Positions 18,752 to 29,874 of a stretch of DNA of 64,000 nt are shown piece by piece; positions within the stretch are counted from its first letter, which is position 1, and every line of letters begins with the position of its first letter. The stretch is from NCBI GenBank assembly GCA_963676165.1, contig OY781043.1, forward strand, positions 2,233,342 through 2,297,341, read 5' to 3'. The notes under the pieces were generated by a model. The model ran no database searches and was not told the origin of the DNA. It saw only the letters and a list, made by a program, of their open reading frames with translations. The translations under genes were made by a program, and so were the position numbers. The stretch comes from Bacteroidales bacterium (GTDB lineage: Bacteria; Bacteroidota; Bacteroidia; Bacteroidales; ML635J-15).

Positions 18752-20272
18752 TTATTCAATTAATACTTTCCCTGAATATTGATTGTTTATTAAAAGTATA
18801 TAAATGCCAGTTTCAATATTACTTACATCAATTGGGATACTGTTTTTATAACTGTATTTTTCAAAGACAATTCGTCCAAACATATCATACATCTTTATCT
18901 GCTTAAGTGGTTTGTTGTCTTTAGATTCAATATGCAATATGGATTTAACCGGATTGGGATAATATGAAATGTTTTGATTAAAATCAGGTTCTTCAATGGC
19001 ATTCCAACCTTCTGACAATGGGAAATTTAATAAACTATCTGCTTTCATTACGACATTGTATTCTGATCCACTAAAACCCGTAAAAAGATATCCGCCATCG
19101 TATGTTTTACTTATGCCATCAACTCTAAATGCTCCATATGTATAATCTTCTCTAACCAAATTAATCTCATCTAAACATACCATATCAGTAGAATAATAGT
19201 TTAAAAAATAATTGCCAATATCGCCTATTCGAAAAGATCCTAAAACTGCAAAACCTTCTGTCGTCTCTATTAATTTGTATAAATGAATAATATTATAACC
19301 TCCGCGTTGAATAACCCTCTCAGAAATCACATTCCCCAAAGCGTCCATTTTCACCAAAATACCAACAACTATTCCAAAATCTGTATCTGGCGTACTTGTT
19401 TCAGTGTAATATCCTCCTAAAACAAAGCTCCCATCAGGCAATTCCAATACTTCAAAAGTGTCCGGATAAGAATCTCCCCATAGTTTATACCACAACATTT
19501 CACCACTTGCACTAAGTTTAATAACCAAACCTTTATTAAAAGTCTTTTCAGTATCACCTTCATGCCGACCTGTATTACCCACAAGTAACAAATCTCCATC
19601 TTCTGTTAATGTTGCACCTTTTATAGAGCCATTTTTTAAATTTGGTAGATCGGGCATAGTCCATGTCCAGATTGTGTCTCCTACATAATCTGTACACACC
19701 ACATAAGGTTTGTCTTCATGTTCTGCATTAAAGGAACAGGACTCGCCATATGCATAAATTCGTTCGTTTATCGAATCAATTTCTGCACCACAAAAAAAAT
19801 CAAGATATTCATAAGTTGGAGCTTCAATGTCAGGATAGCCAGGGGCATAGCCACCGTAAGTCTTATACCATAAAACTTCAGCAGCCTGATTGAAACATAC
19901 TAATGAAGCAGCTTGATCAATATAGTCACCGGTTTCAGGGTGAAAAAGCTGTGACTCTCCATAAAGAAGGAAGCGGCTTGAGTCGATACGTGTTAGTCCT
20001 ATAGGGAAAATAGATATATCCAAATCAAGGTATCGTGCATCCAATACATTGCCTGATGAATCCCAAATAACACGACCTGCTAATCCAAAAAACATTCCAT
20101 AGTTGCCTGTTGATAAATAGGTGGAATCACTGATCTGAAATGAGTTTTGTTGAAAAATTAAAGGAACGGTATCGTTAAATAGATACGAGAACTCATGATA
20201 AAACTGTTCAGGTTGAGCGTAAGTTATCGTTTTTGCAAAAAGCAAAATGAGTAATAAATGATATTTTTTCAT
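18752..20272 (-). CDS. secreted beta-propeller-like protein with T9SS C-terminal sorting domain
   Basis: Start moved to MKKYHLLLILLFAKTITYAQ. CTD is YYPNPVKSILHIES...GIYILLINN. Confidence 0.75.
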   Translation of the reverse strand: MKKYHLLLILLFAKTITYAQPEQFYHEFSYLFNDTVPLIFQQNSFQISDSTYLSTGNYGMFFGLAGRVIWDSSGNVLDARYLDLDISIFPIGLTRIDSSRFLLYGESQLFHPETGDYIDQAASLVCFNQAAEVLWYKTYGGYAPGYPDIEAPTYEYLDFFCGAEIDSINERIYAYGESCSFNAEHEDKPYVVCTDYVGDTIWTWTMPDLPNLKNGSIKGATLTEDGDLLLVGNTGRHEGDTEKTFNKGLVIKLSASGEMLWYKLWGDSYPDTFEVLELPDGSFVLGGYYTETSTPDTDFGIVVGILVKMDALGNVISERVIQRGGYNIIHLYKLIETTEGFAVLGSFRIGDIGNYFLNYYSTDMVCLDEINLVREDYTYGAFRVDGISKTYDGGYLFTGFSGSEYNVVMKADSLLNFPLSEGWNAIEEPDFNQNISYYPNPVKSILHIESKDNKPLKQIKMYDMFGRIVFEKYSYKNSIPIDVSNIETGIYILLINNQYSGKVLIE

Positions 20273-20337
20273 ACAATGGTTTATTAGTAAAATAATGAAC
20301 GTAAAATTACTTTTTCTTCCCCACAATGCAGTCTGTA
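20273..20337. repeat. gene leader/promoter repeat, copy A (functional, upstream of the 18752-20272 gene)
   Basis: ACAATGGTTTATTAGTAAAATAATGAACGT...ATGCAGTCTGTA aligns with 20624-20686 with a few substitutions and small indels. Confidence 0.6.
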
Positions 20338-20623
20338 GCACTAAAAATGGTAAAATAATTATCAGCTTACAGTGCCTTTATGCTATAAAGTTACACTTTA
20401 ATATCATACCAATCAAATTAATTTACTTTTATTTTTTACAATTATACCCTATTTTCTTTACACCTAACCTCCATAAGCCTCCCTTCACCTATTAACCGCA
20501 TATTATCTGTACACTTACAGTTTTATTATTCAATACTGTCAGCTATTTTTAAAATTTATTTTCTATTTCCCAACCACATGTTGTTGTTTTATGCTTGAAT
20601 AAATCAAAATGAAACTGTTTCTT

Positions 20624-20686
20624 ACAATGGTTTATTAGCAAAATAATGAACGTGAAAATTGTTTTCTCCCCCAAATGCAGTCTGTA
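20624..20686. repeat. gene leader/promoter repeat, copy B (orphan)
   Basis: Same sequence family as 20273-20337. The position of the ATG is AAG, followed by a short decayed frame (KKQFHF...). Confidence 0.6.
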
Positions 20687-20918
20687 CAACAAAAAACAAT
20701 TAATCTGACAGTAATTTCTGTGCTTTTCTGGCTTAAGATTACAATTATTTCATGTTTTCACACACGCTTAGACCATGCAATAGTTTTCATGCACACACAT
20801 TGCACAGAACAAACAATGCTGAGAAAACGATATAAGTATTAAAGGAAAAATCTTAAAAATAAGCATATAATTTGCCGTGAAAGTATTATATTTGTTTGCC
20901 GAATAAAAAACTGTAAGA

Positions 20919-21899
20919 ATGACACAAATTACAACCAAATTCATGGGGCTGGAGTTAAAATCTCCCGTCGTTGTTAGTAGCTCAGGACTAACGAAATCAG
21001 TTGATAATCTGAAGGAAATGGAATCATACGGTGCTGGAGCTGTAATATTGAAATCGCTTTTTGAAGAGCAAATCAATGTTGAAGCAGGTCGCATTATCAG
21101 CCAAAGTAATGATTACCCTGAAGCAGAAGATTACATCCGTGGATACGCTAAACATAACTCAGTGGATGAATATCTTAAACTCATTCGCGATGCAAAAGCA
21201 AATGTATCAATCCCTGTCATTGCAAGTATAAATTGTGTTTCAAGTAAAGATTGGACAGGTTTTGCAAAGAAAATTCAAGATGCCGGAGCAGATGCACTGG
21301 AACTAAACATTAATATTCTACCTGAAAACGGTGATATTGAAAGTTTAGACATTGAAAGTCGCTATTATGAGATTGTTGAGAAAGTCCTCGCAGAAATTGA
21401 TATTCCTTTGGCTGTAAAAATCGGTCCTCATTTTACAAATATCATGAGACTTGTCAAACAGTTACAATTCCGTGGAGTAAAAGCGGTCACATTATTCAAC
21501 CGTTTTTATGAGCCAGAAATTAATATTGACAAAATGGAAATGGCTTCCGCTTCAGTCTTTAGTAAAGACACAGACATTAGACACTCATTACGTTGGGTTG
21601 GTATGGTAAGTGGTCGCATTAAAAATATTGAAGTTGCTGCATCAACAGGCATACATGATGGAGCTGCTGTTGTCAAACAATTGCTTGCAGGAGCACAAGT
21701 TGCTCAAGTATGTTCTGTACTTTATAAAAAAGGAACAAAACAAATTGCCATTCTCAACGACGAATTGAAAGTATGGATGGAAGAACACAATTTTGATAAT
21801 ATTGAAAACTTCAGAGGTAAAATGTCATGGAATAACATTACAGATCCTCAAATATACATGCGCTCACAATTCATGAAATATTTTTCCAGTGTTGAGTAA
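20919..21899 (+). CDS. dihydroorotate dehydrogenase-like FMN TIM-barrel protein
   Basis: FMGLELKSPVVVSSSGLT N-terminus and class 1 DHOD/DPD-like layout. Confidence 0.8.
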   Translation: MTQITTKFMGLELKSPVVVSSSGLTKSVDNLKEMESYGAGAVILKSLFEEQINVEAGRIISQSNDYPEAEDYIRGYAKHNSVDEYLKLIRDAKANVSIPVIASINCVSSKDWTGFAKKIQDAGADALELNINILPENGDIESLDIESRYYEIVEKVLAEIDIPLAVKIGPHFTNIMRLVKQLQFRGVKAVTLFNRFYEPEINIDKMEMASASVFSKDTDIRHSLRWVGMVSGRIKNIEVAASTGIHDGAAVVKQLLAGAQVAQVCSVLYKKGTKQIAILNDELKVWMEEHNFDNIENFRGKMSWNNITDPQIYMRSQFMKYFSSVE

Positions 21900-21922
21900 T
21901 CATATACAAAAGAGATAAAAAA

Positions 21923-21947
21923 AGACAGCTCGAAAGCTGTCTTTTTT
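21923..21947. terminator. bidirectional intrinsic terminator between convergent genes
   Basis: AGACAGCT-cgaa-AGCTGTCT flanked by an A-run and a T-run. Confidence 0.7.
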
Positions 21948-21971
21948 CGTTTTATACATTGATAGTCTTTA

Positions 21972-22439
21972 CTATTCGCATTCTTTATATTGCTCATCAG
22001 TTACTTCGCCAGCCCAAATTGCAGGTCCTTTTGACAATTGAGTGCTAATACCCAAATGCACAAATTCACTATCCGGAGCAGCTCCATGCCAATGGATTAC
22101 ATCTGGTTTAATTTCAACAACATCACCAGCTTTCAAGTGCTGAACAGCTTTTCCTTTTTCTTGATAGCATCCTTTTCCGGACAAGCAATATAATATTTGC
22201 CCTCCCGGATGAGAGTGCCAATAAGTTCTGCTTCCAGGAGCAAAAGTTACATTATAACTCATGGCATCAAAGTTTTCACCATCTACCGTTAGCATTTCCA
22301 CCCATGTTGCACCAGTAAAATTCTCTTGCACTTCTTGTCCTTTAGGAAATATTTGATTTGTTTTCATACTGTTTTCATTTTTTGAATTGCATGACATTAT
22401 AAGCATTGCCATGCAAGATATCAATACTACTTTTTTCAT
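21972..22439 (-). CDS. cupin domain lipoprotein
   Basis: Lipobox LIMSC; cupin motifs WHSHPGGQILY and HWHGA. Confidence 0.8.
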   Translation of the reverse strand: MKKVVLISCMAMLIMSCNSKNENSMKTNQIFPKGQEVQENFTGATWVEMLTVDGENFDAMSYNVTFAPGSRTYWHSHPGGQILYCLSGKGCYQEKGKAVQHLKAGDVVEIKPDVIHWHGAAPDSEFVHLGISTQLSKGPAIWAGEVTDEQYKECE

Positions 22440-22441
22440 AA

Positions 22442-23542
22442 TTATTTGTTTAAATTCTCGGCAAAGAAGGCATCTAATTTGTCAAATGGGATCATATCCA
22501 CACGGTCATACAAATCAATATGCCTTGCATTCGGCACAATCACAAGTTCTTTAGGCTCAGAAGCTCTTTCAAATGCTTCCTCGGTATAATATCTTGAATG
22601 AGCATTTTCACCCATAATAAAAAGAATTGGTCTAGGTGAGATATCTTCAATATAACTCATCAAAGGAAAGTTCATAAATGCCAAAGCACTTGTCAAAGTA
22701 AAATTATCCAAAGTATTTGGATGCCAACCACGTTGCATTCCATAATACTCAAAAAACTCTGCCAAAACAGGAGGCAATCCTTCTGGAAGTGTTTCTGCTG
22801 GCTCTTCAGGCCATGCAGTTTGTGGCATTTCAGGCTCACCATTTTCAAAATCTTTCCAGCGTTGTTCTCCTAACATTTCAAGTGTCTCATTTCGAGCTTC
22901 CTTGCTTAACGAATAAGCGAAACCATCACGATGCATGCTGCTTATGTCATACATACTTGCAGTTGCAACAGCTTTTATGCGATGATCAACCTGTGCAGCT
23001 GTCAATGAAAAACCACCACTTCCACAAATACCTATGACTCCTATTTTCTCTCTGTCAACAAAAGGCTGAGTACCCAGATAATCAACCCCAGCACTAAAAT
23101 CTTCAACAAAAATTTCAGGAGAAGCAACATCTTTTGGCGAACCACCACTTTCACCATTATAGGATTCATCAAAAGCCATTGCAATGTAGCCACGTTTTGC
23201 CATTTCCATTGCATAAACACCTGCTCCTTGTTCTTTTACACCACCATAAGGTGTTCCAATAAGAATAGCAGGATATTTTAACGATTCATCCATGTCAATT
23301 GGCATATACAAATGTGCAGCAATTGAAATTCCATAACGGTTTTTATACTGAACAGGAGTCATACTCACTTGATCGCTCAATTCGAAAGTTAAATAAATAT
23401 CCTCGCCTTGTGCCAGAGTCAAGTCTCCTTGTTGGCTCATTTCAGAATGTGATTTTTCAGCATCATTATTTTGCTTTTCCTCAGAGCAAGCATACAGCAA
23501 AGTCACTCCAACCAAAGCAATTAATATAGTTATCTTTTTCAT
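22442..23542 (-). CDS. alpha/beta hydrolase (dienelactone-hydrolase-like), lipoprotein
   Basis: Lipobox LLYAC; nucleophile elbow GICGSGG; C-terminal HIDLYD. Confidence 0.78.
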   Translation of the reverse strand: MKKITILIALVGVTLLYACSEEKQNNDAEKSHSEMSQQGDLTLAQGEDIYLTFELSDQVSMTPVQYKNRYGISIAAHLYMPIDMDESLKYPAILIGTPYGGVKEQGAGVYAMEMAKRGYIAMAFDESYNGESGGSPKDVASPEIFVEDFSAGVDYLGTQPFVDREKIGVIGICGSGGFSLTAAQVDHRIKAVATASMYDISSMHRDGFAYSLSKEARNETLEMLGEQRWKDFENGEPEMPQTAWPEEPAETLPEGLPPVLAEFFEYYGMQRGWHPNTLDNFTLTSALAFMNFPLMSYIEDISPRPILFIMGENAHSRYYTEEAFERASEPKELVIVPNARHIDLYDRVDMIPFDKLDAFFAENLNK

Positions 23543-23558
23543 ATTTTATATTTTTAGT

Positions 23559-24425
23559 TTACGATAATTTTCCACCAAAAACAGGCATTACAGAAGCTTC
23601 CCCATAATGTTCAATTTTAGGTAGATTTTTAAGCACTTCCATATCTGCATCTGAAATTGTAAAATCCAAATCGGCATTGTTTTGCATATGATCAGGATTA
23701 GCGGTTTTAGGAAGAGGCAATAATCCTAATTGTAGAGTATATCGAATTGATAGCTGAGGGACACTTATTCCATATTTCGCTGCCATATTAATAACTTCAG
23801 AATTTTTCAATAATTCACCATGTGCTACCGGAGAGTATGCCTCTACTAAAATATCGTTACTTTGACAATAGTCAATCAAATCAAAAGGAGTATTACTAGC
23901 ATGAGCTAAGATTTGATTCACCATCGGTTTAACTGTACAATTTTTCAGAATATTCTCGATATCCTCTTTTTGAAAATTTGATACTCCAATTGCACGAATT
24001 TTTCCGGATTTATGTGCATCCTCTAAAGCACGCCATGCTTCACGATTTCCCTCATAATAAGGATCCTCTAAATGGTATTCCATCCATGGTTTTGGGCTAT
24101 GGATTATCATCATATCTAAATAATCCAGACCCATAATGTTTAAAGAAGCATCGATTGAAGCGATTGCCTCATCGTAAGATTTAACTTCAGCTGCCAATTT
24201 TGTCGTAATAAAAAGCGCTTCCCGTTTTAAGCCGCAGGATTTAATCCCAAGACCTACACCTTCTTCATTTTGATATGCTTGAGCAGTATCAATATGACGA
24301 TAGCCCAATTCAACTGCCTTCTTAACAGCCTCAACAACATCAGCATTACTAATCATCCAAGTACCAAGTCCCAACTTTGGAATTTCAACACCATTTGAGA
24401 GTTTATAATTTTCGTTTAATATCAT
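23559..24425 (-). CDS. aldo/keto reductase
   Basis: GLGTW, YRHIDTAQAYQNE and IAIGVSNF-type motifs. Confidence 0.9.
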   Translation of the reverse strand: MILNENYKLSNGVEIPKLGLGTWMISNADVVEAVKKAVELGYRHIDTAQAYQNEEGVGLGIKSCGLKREALFITTKLAAEVKSYDEAIASIDASLNIMGLDYLDMMIIHSPKPWMEYHLEDPYYEGNREAWRALEDAHKSGKIRAIGVSNFQKEDIENILKNCTVKPMVNQILAHASNTPFDLIDYCQSNDILVEAYSPVAHGELLKNSEVINMAAKYGISVPQLSIRYTLQLGLLPLPKTANPDHMQNNADLDFTISDADMEVLKNLPKIEHYGEASVMPVFGGKLS

Positions 24426-24449
24426 AACCTTATGTTTTTAATTATTGAT

Positions 24450-24980
24450 TTATATTATTTTTTTCAGCCATTCATCAATCAAAGACTTTGACGATTTCGC
24501 CTGTGTTCCATTCACTGAAAACCCTTCGAGACACACCGCTTCGGAGGCGAGTTTTTTCATGTCTGAGAAAATTCGCCCAACACCTCCGCCACCATGTGTA
24601 CAAAATGGGACAAGCACTTTTCCTGACCACTTAGTTTGCGATAAGAATGTTGCTACCGGAGGAGCCATTGTACTCCACCAGTTTGGAGTTCCAACAAAAA
24701 TGGTATCATACGTATCAAGCTGCTCTGGTAAAGATTTCAAATCTGGTAAATAATTCGCTTCTATCTCTTTCTTTGCCACATCACAAACCGATGTATAGTC
24801 TTGGGGATAAGCATTTACAGGCTCTAATCTGAAAATATCAGCATTTTTCTGAGCAGCAATTATTTCCGCCACCAGTTTTGTATTTCCTGAATGAGAGTAA
24901 TACACAACCAAGGTCTTGTTTTGAGCAAAATTATTCATATGCATTAATAAAATTAAGAGGATAAAAACGTATCTTTTCAT
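24450..24980 (-). CDS. flavodoxin family protein
   Basis: LVVYYSHSGNTKLVAE FMN-binding loop and GTPNWW motif, with a hydrophobic N-terminus. Confidence 0.8.
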   Translation of the reverse strand: MKRYVFILLILLMHMNNFAQNKTLVVYYSHSGNTKLVAEIIAAQKNADIFRLEPVNAYPQDYTSVCDVAKKEIEANYLPDLKSLPEQLDTYDTIFVGTPNWWSTMAPPVATFLSQTKWSGKVLVPFCTHGGGGVGRIFSDMKKLASEAVCLEGFSVNGTQAKSSKSLIDEWLKKII

Positions 24981-25139
24981 AACATCTATTTTTCGACATT
25001 ACAAAGATGAGCAATTTTATGCAAAAAAAACGACCCAAATTACGGAGATCCCAACCCAAATTACTGAACTTAATGATTCATGTATTGTTTTAATCATTAG
25101 ATACTTATATTTGCACACAACTTAAGAACAACACTGAAC

Positions 25140-26036
25140 ATGAAAGATATTGGAAGCATTAATTCGGTTACAGAATACAACAATGCAATTGGACAAGAAA
25201 CATTGCATCCCTTGGTGAGTATAATCGATTTTTCTCAGATCGAACCATTCTATTTTTTTCGTAAACAAATGGGCATTTATGCGATCTTTCTAAAAGAGGC
25301 AAAATGTGGAAATTTAACGTATGGTTGTAACAATTATGATTACGAAGAAGGGACATTGTTATTTATAGCACCAGGACAAGTTTTAGGTGTTGAAAACAAT
25401 GAAACGAAACAAAAAGGAATCGGACATGCCTTAATCTTTCACCCAGATTTGATTCATGGAACTCACTTAGGGAAACATATTCAAGAATATACTTTTTTCT
25501 CTTATCAAGTTAATGAAGCACTACACTTATCAGCGCGTGAGAGGGAAATTATCAATGATGTTTTTAAGAAAATACAATATGAACTGGAACATGGTATAGA
25601 TAATTTGAGTAAAACACTTATTGTTTCATATATCGAATTATTTTTAAACTACAGCAAGCGATTTTATGAACGCCAATTCATCACAAGAAATCATGTTAAC
25701 AAGGATATTTTAGCGCGCTTTGAAAATGTGATCAATCAGTATTTTAGCTCAATGCAAATGTTAGAAAGTGGACTTCCGACTGTAAACTATTTAGCTGATC
25801 AGCTTTTTATATCTCCAAATTATTTAGGCGATTTGCTGAAAAAAGAAACAGGAAAATCAGCACAAGAGCATATTCAACTCAAATTGACTGAAATCGCAAA
25901 AGAAAAAATACTGGAACCAGGGAAATCCATCAATGAGATTGCTTATGAATTAGGATTTAAGCATCCACAACACTTTAGTCGGATGTTTAAAAAGAATACT
26001 GGCTTATCTCCAAATGCATATCGATCATTGAATTAG
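25140..26036 (+). CDS. AraC family transcriptional regulator
   Basis: C-terminal double HTH (IAYELGFKHPQHFSRMFKKNTGLSPNAYR). Divergent from the flavodoxin-AKR-hydrolase-cupin genes. Confidence 0.9.
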   Translation: MKDIGSINSVTEYNNAIGQETLHPLVSIIDFSQIEPFYFFRKQMGIYAIFLKEAKCGNLTYGCNNYDYEEGTLLFIAPGQVLGVENNETKQKGIGHALIFHPDLIHGTHLGKHIQEYTFFSYQVNEALHLSAREREIINDVFKKIQYELEHGIDNLSKTLIVSYIELFLNYSKRFYERQFITRNHVNKDILARFENVINQYFSSMQMLESGLPTVNYLADQLFISPNYLGDLLKKETGKSAQEHIQLKLTEIAKEKILEPGKSINEIAYELGFKHPQHFSRMFKKNTGLSPNAYRSLN

Positions 26037-26110
26037 AATTCTCAATCATTTTTTTACTTCTACTGCAAGTATAGGCCCACTATTTGAAGCAAAATGGACA
26101 TAAAAATGAT

Positions 26111-27019
26111 TTACTTAACGGTTGTTCTAATAACATCCCTTTCAGACTCAAAAAGTAATTCTTCTTTTCGTGCAAAATTTCGAATCATTTTAATCGTAAA
26201 AAAACCTAAAACAATGACAAGCAAAGACGAGACAATAGAAACGACTGTCATGAAAATATAATCATTTACAGAATCTGCACTTTCAGTTAATTCCATAGCA
26301 ACACGACCAATAATTACAGAAACAATAAAGATAATCCACCATACGGTAATATAATCTGGCTTCTTACTTACAGTTAAACCTCTTTTATCGATTAAAATAT
26401 CGGTTTTCGTATTAAGCTCAACCATAATATTAAATGGTCTAAGGAATGAAATGATAGGAACAAACCAAGCACCAATTGCCCACCCTTTTGAGAACTCAAC
26501 ATTCTTTACTCTTTCATGCAAGTTCAAATAAGCTCTGTAAAACCATGTAATAAAAACAATTGAGCTAATTAAATAAAAACCAAGACTAAGAATACTTACT
26601 ACTAAAACACGAGTATCGCTATTGCTTGCTTCTTCGTAAGACACATGCTTCCCCTCAACGATTCGATGTAACAAATCATATTGTAAGTATGATGAGATTC
26701 CAGAAAGGACATGCAAAAGGCAAACAACTGCAATTGCAAGCACAACCAAATCAGAGCGTCGTAGATTTGATTTCGTCTTACCTGCAACCTCATCGACGTC
26801 AACAAAATCAGATTCCAACTTAGAAATACTATTTTCAGGTTTATGCTTTAAGAGATCTCTATTTTGCATTTCTTTGACTACTGCAGCAACCTTTATCTTT
26901 GGCTCTTTGTACCTCTCACGAAAAATTCGTTCAAGCTCTTCATTATCATATCCTTTGACAATATTCTCCCAATTGTAACCTGTCATATTCAATATAAATT
27001 GTATGTGATTTCTATTCAC
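26111..27019 (-). CDS. DUF4328-like membrane protein
   Basis: Several TM helices and a WFVPIISFLRPFNIMVEL motif. Confidence 0.55.
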   Translation of the reverse strand: MNRNHIQFILNMTGYNWENIVKGYDNEELERIFRERYKEPKIKVAAVVKEMQNRDLLKHKPENSISKLESDFVDVDEVAGKTKSNLRRSDLVVLAIAVVCLLHVLSGISSYLQYDLLHRIVEGKHVSYEEASNSDTRVLVVSILSLGFYLISSIVFITWFYRAYLNLHERVKNVEFSKGWAIGAWFVPIISFLRPFNIMVELNTKTDILIDKRGLTVSKKPDYITVWWIIFIVSVIIGRVAMELTESADSVNDYIFMTVVSIVSSLLVIVLGFFTIKMIRNFARKEELLFESERDVIRTTVK

Positions 27020-27215
27020 AAAACCACACGAGTAGAAACATTACATATACTAATCTCCAAATTTGGCGAAAAGATGAAAATTTACAAAATTTCAAAAACA
27101 TTTCTTTTGAAAACATAGAAATCATCCATCTCATCAATAGCAAAAGAATCAGATCAATTAAACAATTCATCCAATTTCTTTTCACTACCTTTGTTGTACA
27201 TAGAAATACCATACA

Positions 27216-27893
27216 ATGGACGTAAAATATCAAGATAAAGGGTTTGCCATACTCAATAAGGCTGTTAATTTACCTGTCACCCACAACAGTCATATGCCCA
27301 AAGACGCTGATTATCTGAATAAATTAGCAGGACAATTTTTCAATGAAACAATTTATAATCCTCATAGACTCGATTCAAAAACCTCTGGACTTACCATTGT
27401 ATGCTTCAACAAAACAACACTAGAATCTTTTAATAAGATGTTTAGAAACTCAGAAATACAAAAGACTTACACTGCACTAGTCAAAGGTGAGATTCCTGAA
27501 TCGGGAAGCATTGACAGGGAAGTGTTTGACCGCAAGAAACGAAAAAAGCTGTCTGCATTAACAGAATACAAACGCATCTCTCGCTTTGAAACAAAGGAGC
27601 TAGACAAAAACAACAATCCTATCATTCTCAACATCTTAGAACTCAATATTCACACCGGCAGATGGCATCAAATCCGACAACATTTATCAGGATTAAGATT
27701 TGATTTGGTTGGTGACACACAACATGGCGATTGGGATTTTAACAAGAGGGTAATTGAGGAAGTTGGAATAAACAGAATGTGCTTACATGCATCAGAATTA
27801 AAATTTCCACATCCTGAAAGTAAAAATGTGTTGATTATCAAATCAGAAACCCCTGTTGAATTTCAAAAAATCATTGAACATTACACCTCCTAA
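27216..27893 (+). CDS. RluA-family pseudouridine synthase
   Basis: HRLDSKTSGL catalytic Asp motif and HTGRWHQIRQHL. Confidence 0.85.
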   Translation: MDVKYQDKGFAILNKAVNLPVTHNSHMPKDADYLNKLAGQFFNETIYNPHRLDSKTSGLTIVCFNKTTLESFNKMFRNSEIQKTYTALVKGEIPESGSIDREVFDRKKRKKLSALTEYKRISRFETKELDKNNNPIILNILELNIHTGRWHQIRQHLSGLRFDLVGDTQHGDWDFNKRVIEEVGINRMCLHASELKFPHPESKNVLIIKSETPVEFQKIIEHYTS

Positions 27894-28029
27894 TCACTAC
27901 GAACAATTAACATGTTTTAATCCTCCCTTAATTAGAACGATTATATATTCCTACCGTTTTTCATTATTTGTTAAATATCACAAATAGTTCCATTATTTTT
28001 GTAACTTAACTCTTAACCAATAACACAAA

Positions 28030-29808
28030 ATGAAAAAATTATCTATTTTATTTGTCGGAATAATCAGCATTCTGACATTGAGTGCAGAAGCACAAAACAT
28101 TACTGTAGGTGGTGATATCACTACAAACATTTCTTGGGATGCAGACACTGTATTTGTTGATGATACTGTACGTGTTTTAGACGACATTACACTAACAGTA
28201 CCTGCAGGCACCAAAGTCTTTTTCAACGATTTTTATCCAATTTTAGTTGAAGGAACCATTCTTTCTGAAGGAACCATTACCGATACAATTCTCTATTCTG
28301 TTCTTGACACAACAGGATACTCAGAATATAGCCATACAGGCTGGGATGGATTTAGATTTATTGGTACTACAGACATTGCAGGTGATAATGACACCAGTCG
28401 TTTTGCATACTGTATCTTTGAATACGCAATAGAAACCGAAGATTCTTATGGTGGAGCAGCAATTCGTTTCAACGGATTTAGCAAAGCAAGCGTTGAGCAT
28501 TGTGTATTTCGTTACAATTTTGGATATGAAAATGGAGGAGCAATCAACATGCAAAATGAAGCAGTAGTTGATATTACATATTGTGATTTCAACAACAACT
28601 TTGCAGGTCAATCTGGAGGAGCAATTTCATTTGGCTGTAGCACTGATGAAGAATATTTTGATCAACCTGTTGTATCATACTGTACATTCACAAACAACAC
28701 CTCAAATTACTCAGATGACCCATATTACGGTGGAGGTGCAATTCAAATAGCAGGATATTATAATACATTAGTTAAAAACTGCTTATTCACAGAAAATCAC
28801 TCCGAATCTCAAGGAGGAGCATTAACTTGTGCAGGTTATGCAGTTCCTTATATTGTCAACAATGTGTTTGCAGCAAATTCTTCCATTCACAATGGTGGTG
28901 CCATAGGAGTTAAATACTATGCAAGTCCATACATTATTAATAATACATTTTTATTTAACACATCCCAAGCTGCTGGTGGAGCAATGTCTGTAGGATGTGA
29001 CAATGACTCCCTTCTTTTTGCAAACAACATCTGCAGAAACAATATTGCAGCATCATCACAAGAAATATACATAGACACTGAAGATGAATTTATGCATTTT
29101 ACAAACAATAATATTGCCGGAGGTCTTGATGCATACACAAGCATCATTCAAACTAACAATATTGATGCAGATCCAATGTTTATTGACATGATGAATGGTG
29201 ACATTAGATTGAAATGTGGATCACCTTGCGTTAACACAGCATTGGATACAACAGAATACATCCCAGAAACAGACATCCTTGGACTTGAACGACTAGTTAA
29301 TGGCATGTATGATATGGGTGCACTTGAATCTCAACTTCCTGTCATGCCGGATTTATGCCCAGACTTCACCATGTACGACAATGAGACTCAAACACTTGAC
29401 GCGGGTACCGATTACGAATCTTACCTTTGGAACACTACTGAAGAAACTCAGACAATTGAAATTGACGGTGCTGTAGTTGGTTCTGGAACTTATGATTACT
29501 GGGTAGAAGTAACGAATGAATACGAATGCGCTGTTAGAGACAGTATTGTTGTAACAATTGATCATTACAACTCCATTGCAGAAAACAACCAAAGTATTGG
29601 AATTTATCCAAATCCAAATAACGGAAGATTTGAAATTAGAGCAATGGATGCTAAAGTAATCATAATTGACATGAAGGGAAGTGTAATCCGAGAATTCCAT
29701 GTAAACAATCAGAAAATGGTTGACCTAAGTATGGAAAATAAGGGTATTTATTTCATAGAAATTCAATCAGAGCAAGGAAACGAGACACACAAACTCATTG
29801 TTCAATAA
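28030..29808 (+). CDS. parallel beta-helix protein with GGAI (Pmp-like) repeats and T9SS sorting domain
   Basis: Signal peptide, repeated GGAI/GGAL/GGAM units, and CTD IGIYPNPNNGRFEI...GIYFIEIQ. Confidence 0.8.
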   Translation: MKKLSILFVGIISILTLSAEAQNITVGGDITTNISWDADTVFVDDTVRVLDDITLTVPAGTKVFFNDFYPILVEGTILSEGTITDTILYSVLDTTGYSEYSHTGWDGFRFIGTTDIAGDNDTSRFAYCIFEYAIETEDSYGGAAIRFNGFSKASVEHCVFRYNFGYENGGAINMQNEAVVDITYCDFNNNFAGQSGGAISFGCSTDEEYFDQPVVSYCTFTNNTSNYSDDPYYGGGAIQIAGYYNTLVKNCLFTENHSESQGGALTCAGYAVPYIVNNVFAANSSIHNGGAIGVKYYASPYIINNTFLFNTSQAAGGAMSVGCDNDSLLFANNICRNNIAASSQEIYIDTEDEFMHFTNNNIAGGLDAYTSIIQTNNIDADPMFIDMMNGDIRLKCGSPCVNTALDTTEYIPETDILGLERLVNGMYDMGALESQLPVMPDLCPDFTMYDNETQTLDAGTDYESYLWNTTEETQTIEIDGAVVGSGTYDYWVEVTNEYECAVRDSIVVTIDHYNSIAENNQSIGIYPNPNNGRFEIRAMDAKVIIIDMKGSVIREFHVNNQKMVDLSMENKGIYFIEIQSEQGNETHKLIVQ

Positions 29809-29874
29809 TCTGATAAAGAAAACAGATACATCAAAGGGATATCTAAAAGATGTCCCTTTGTTTTTTAACATGTG

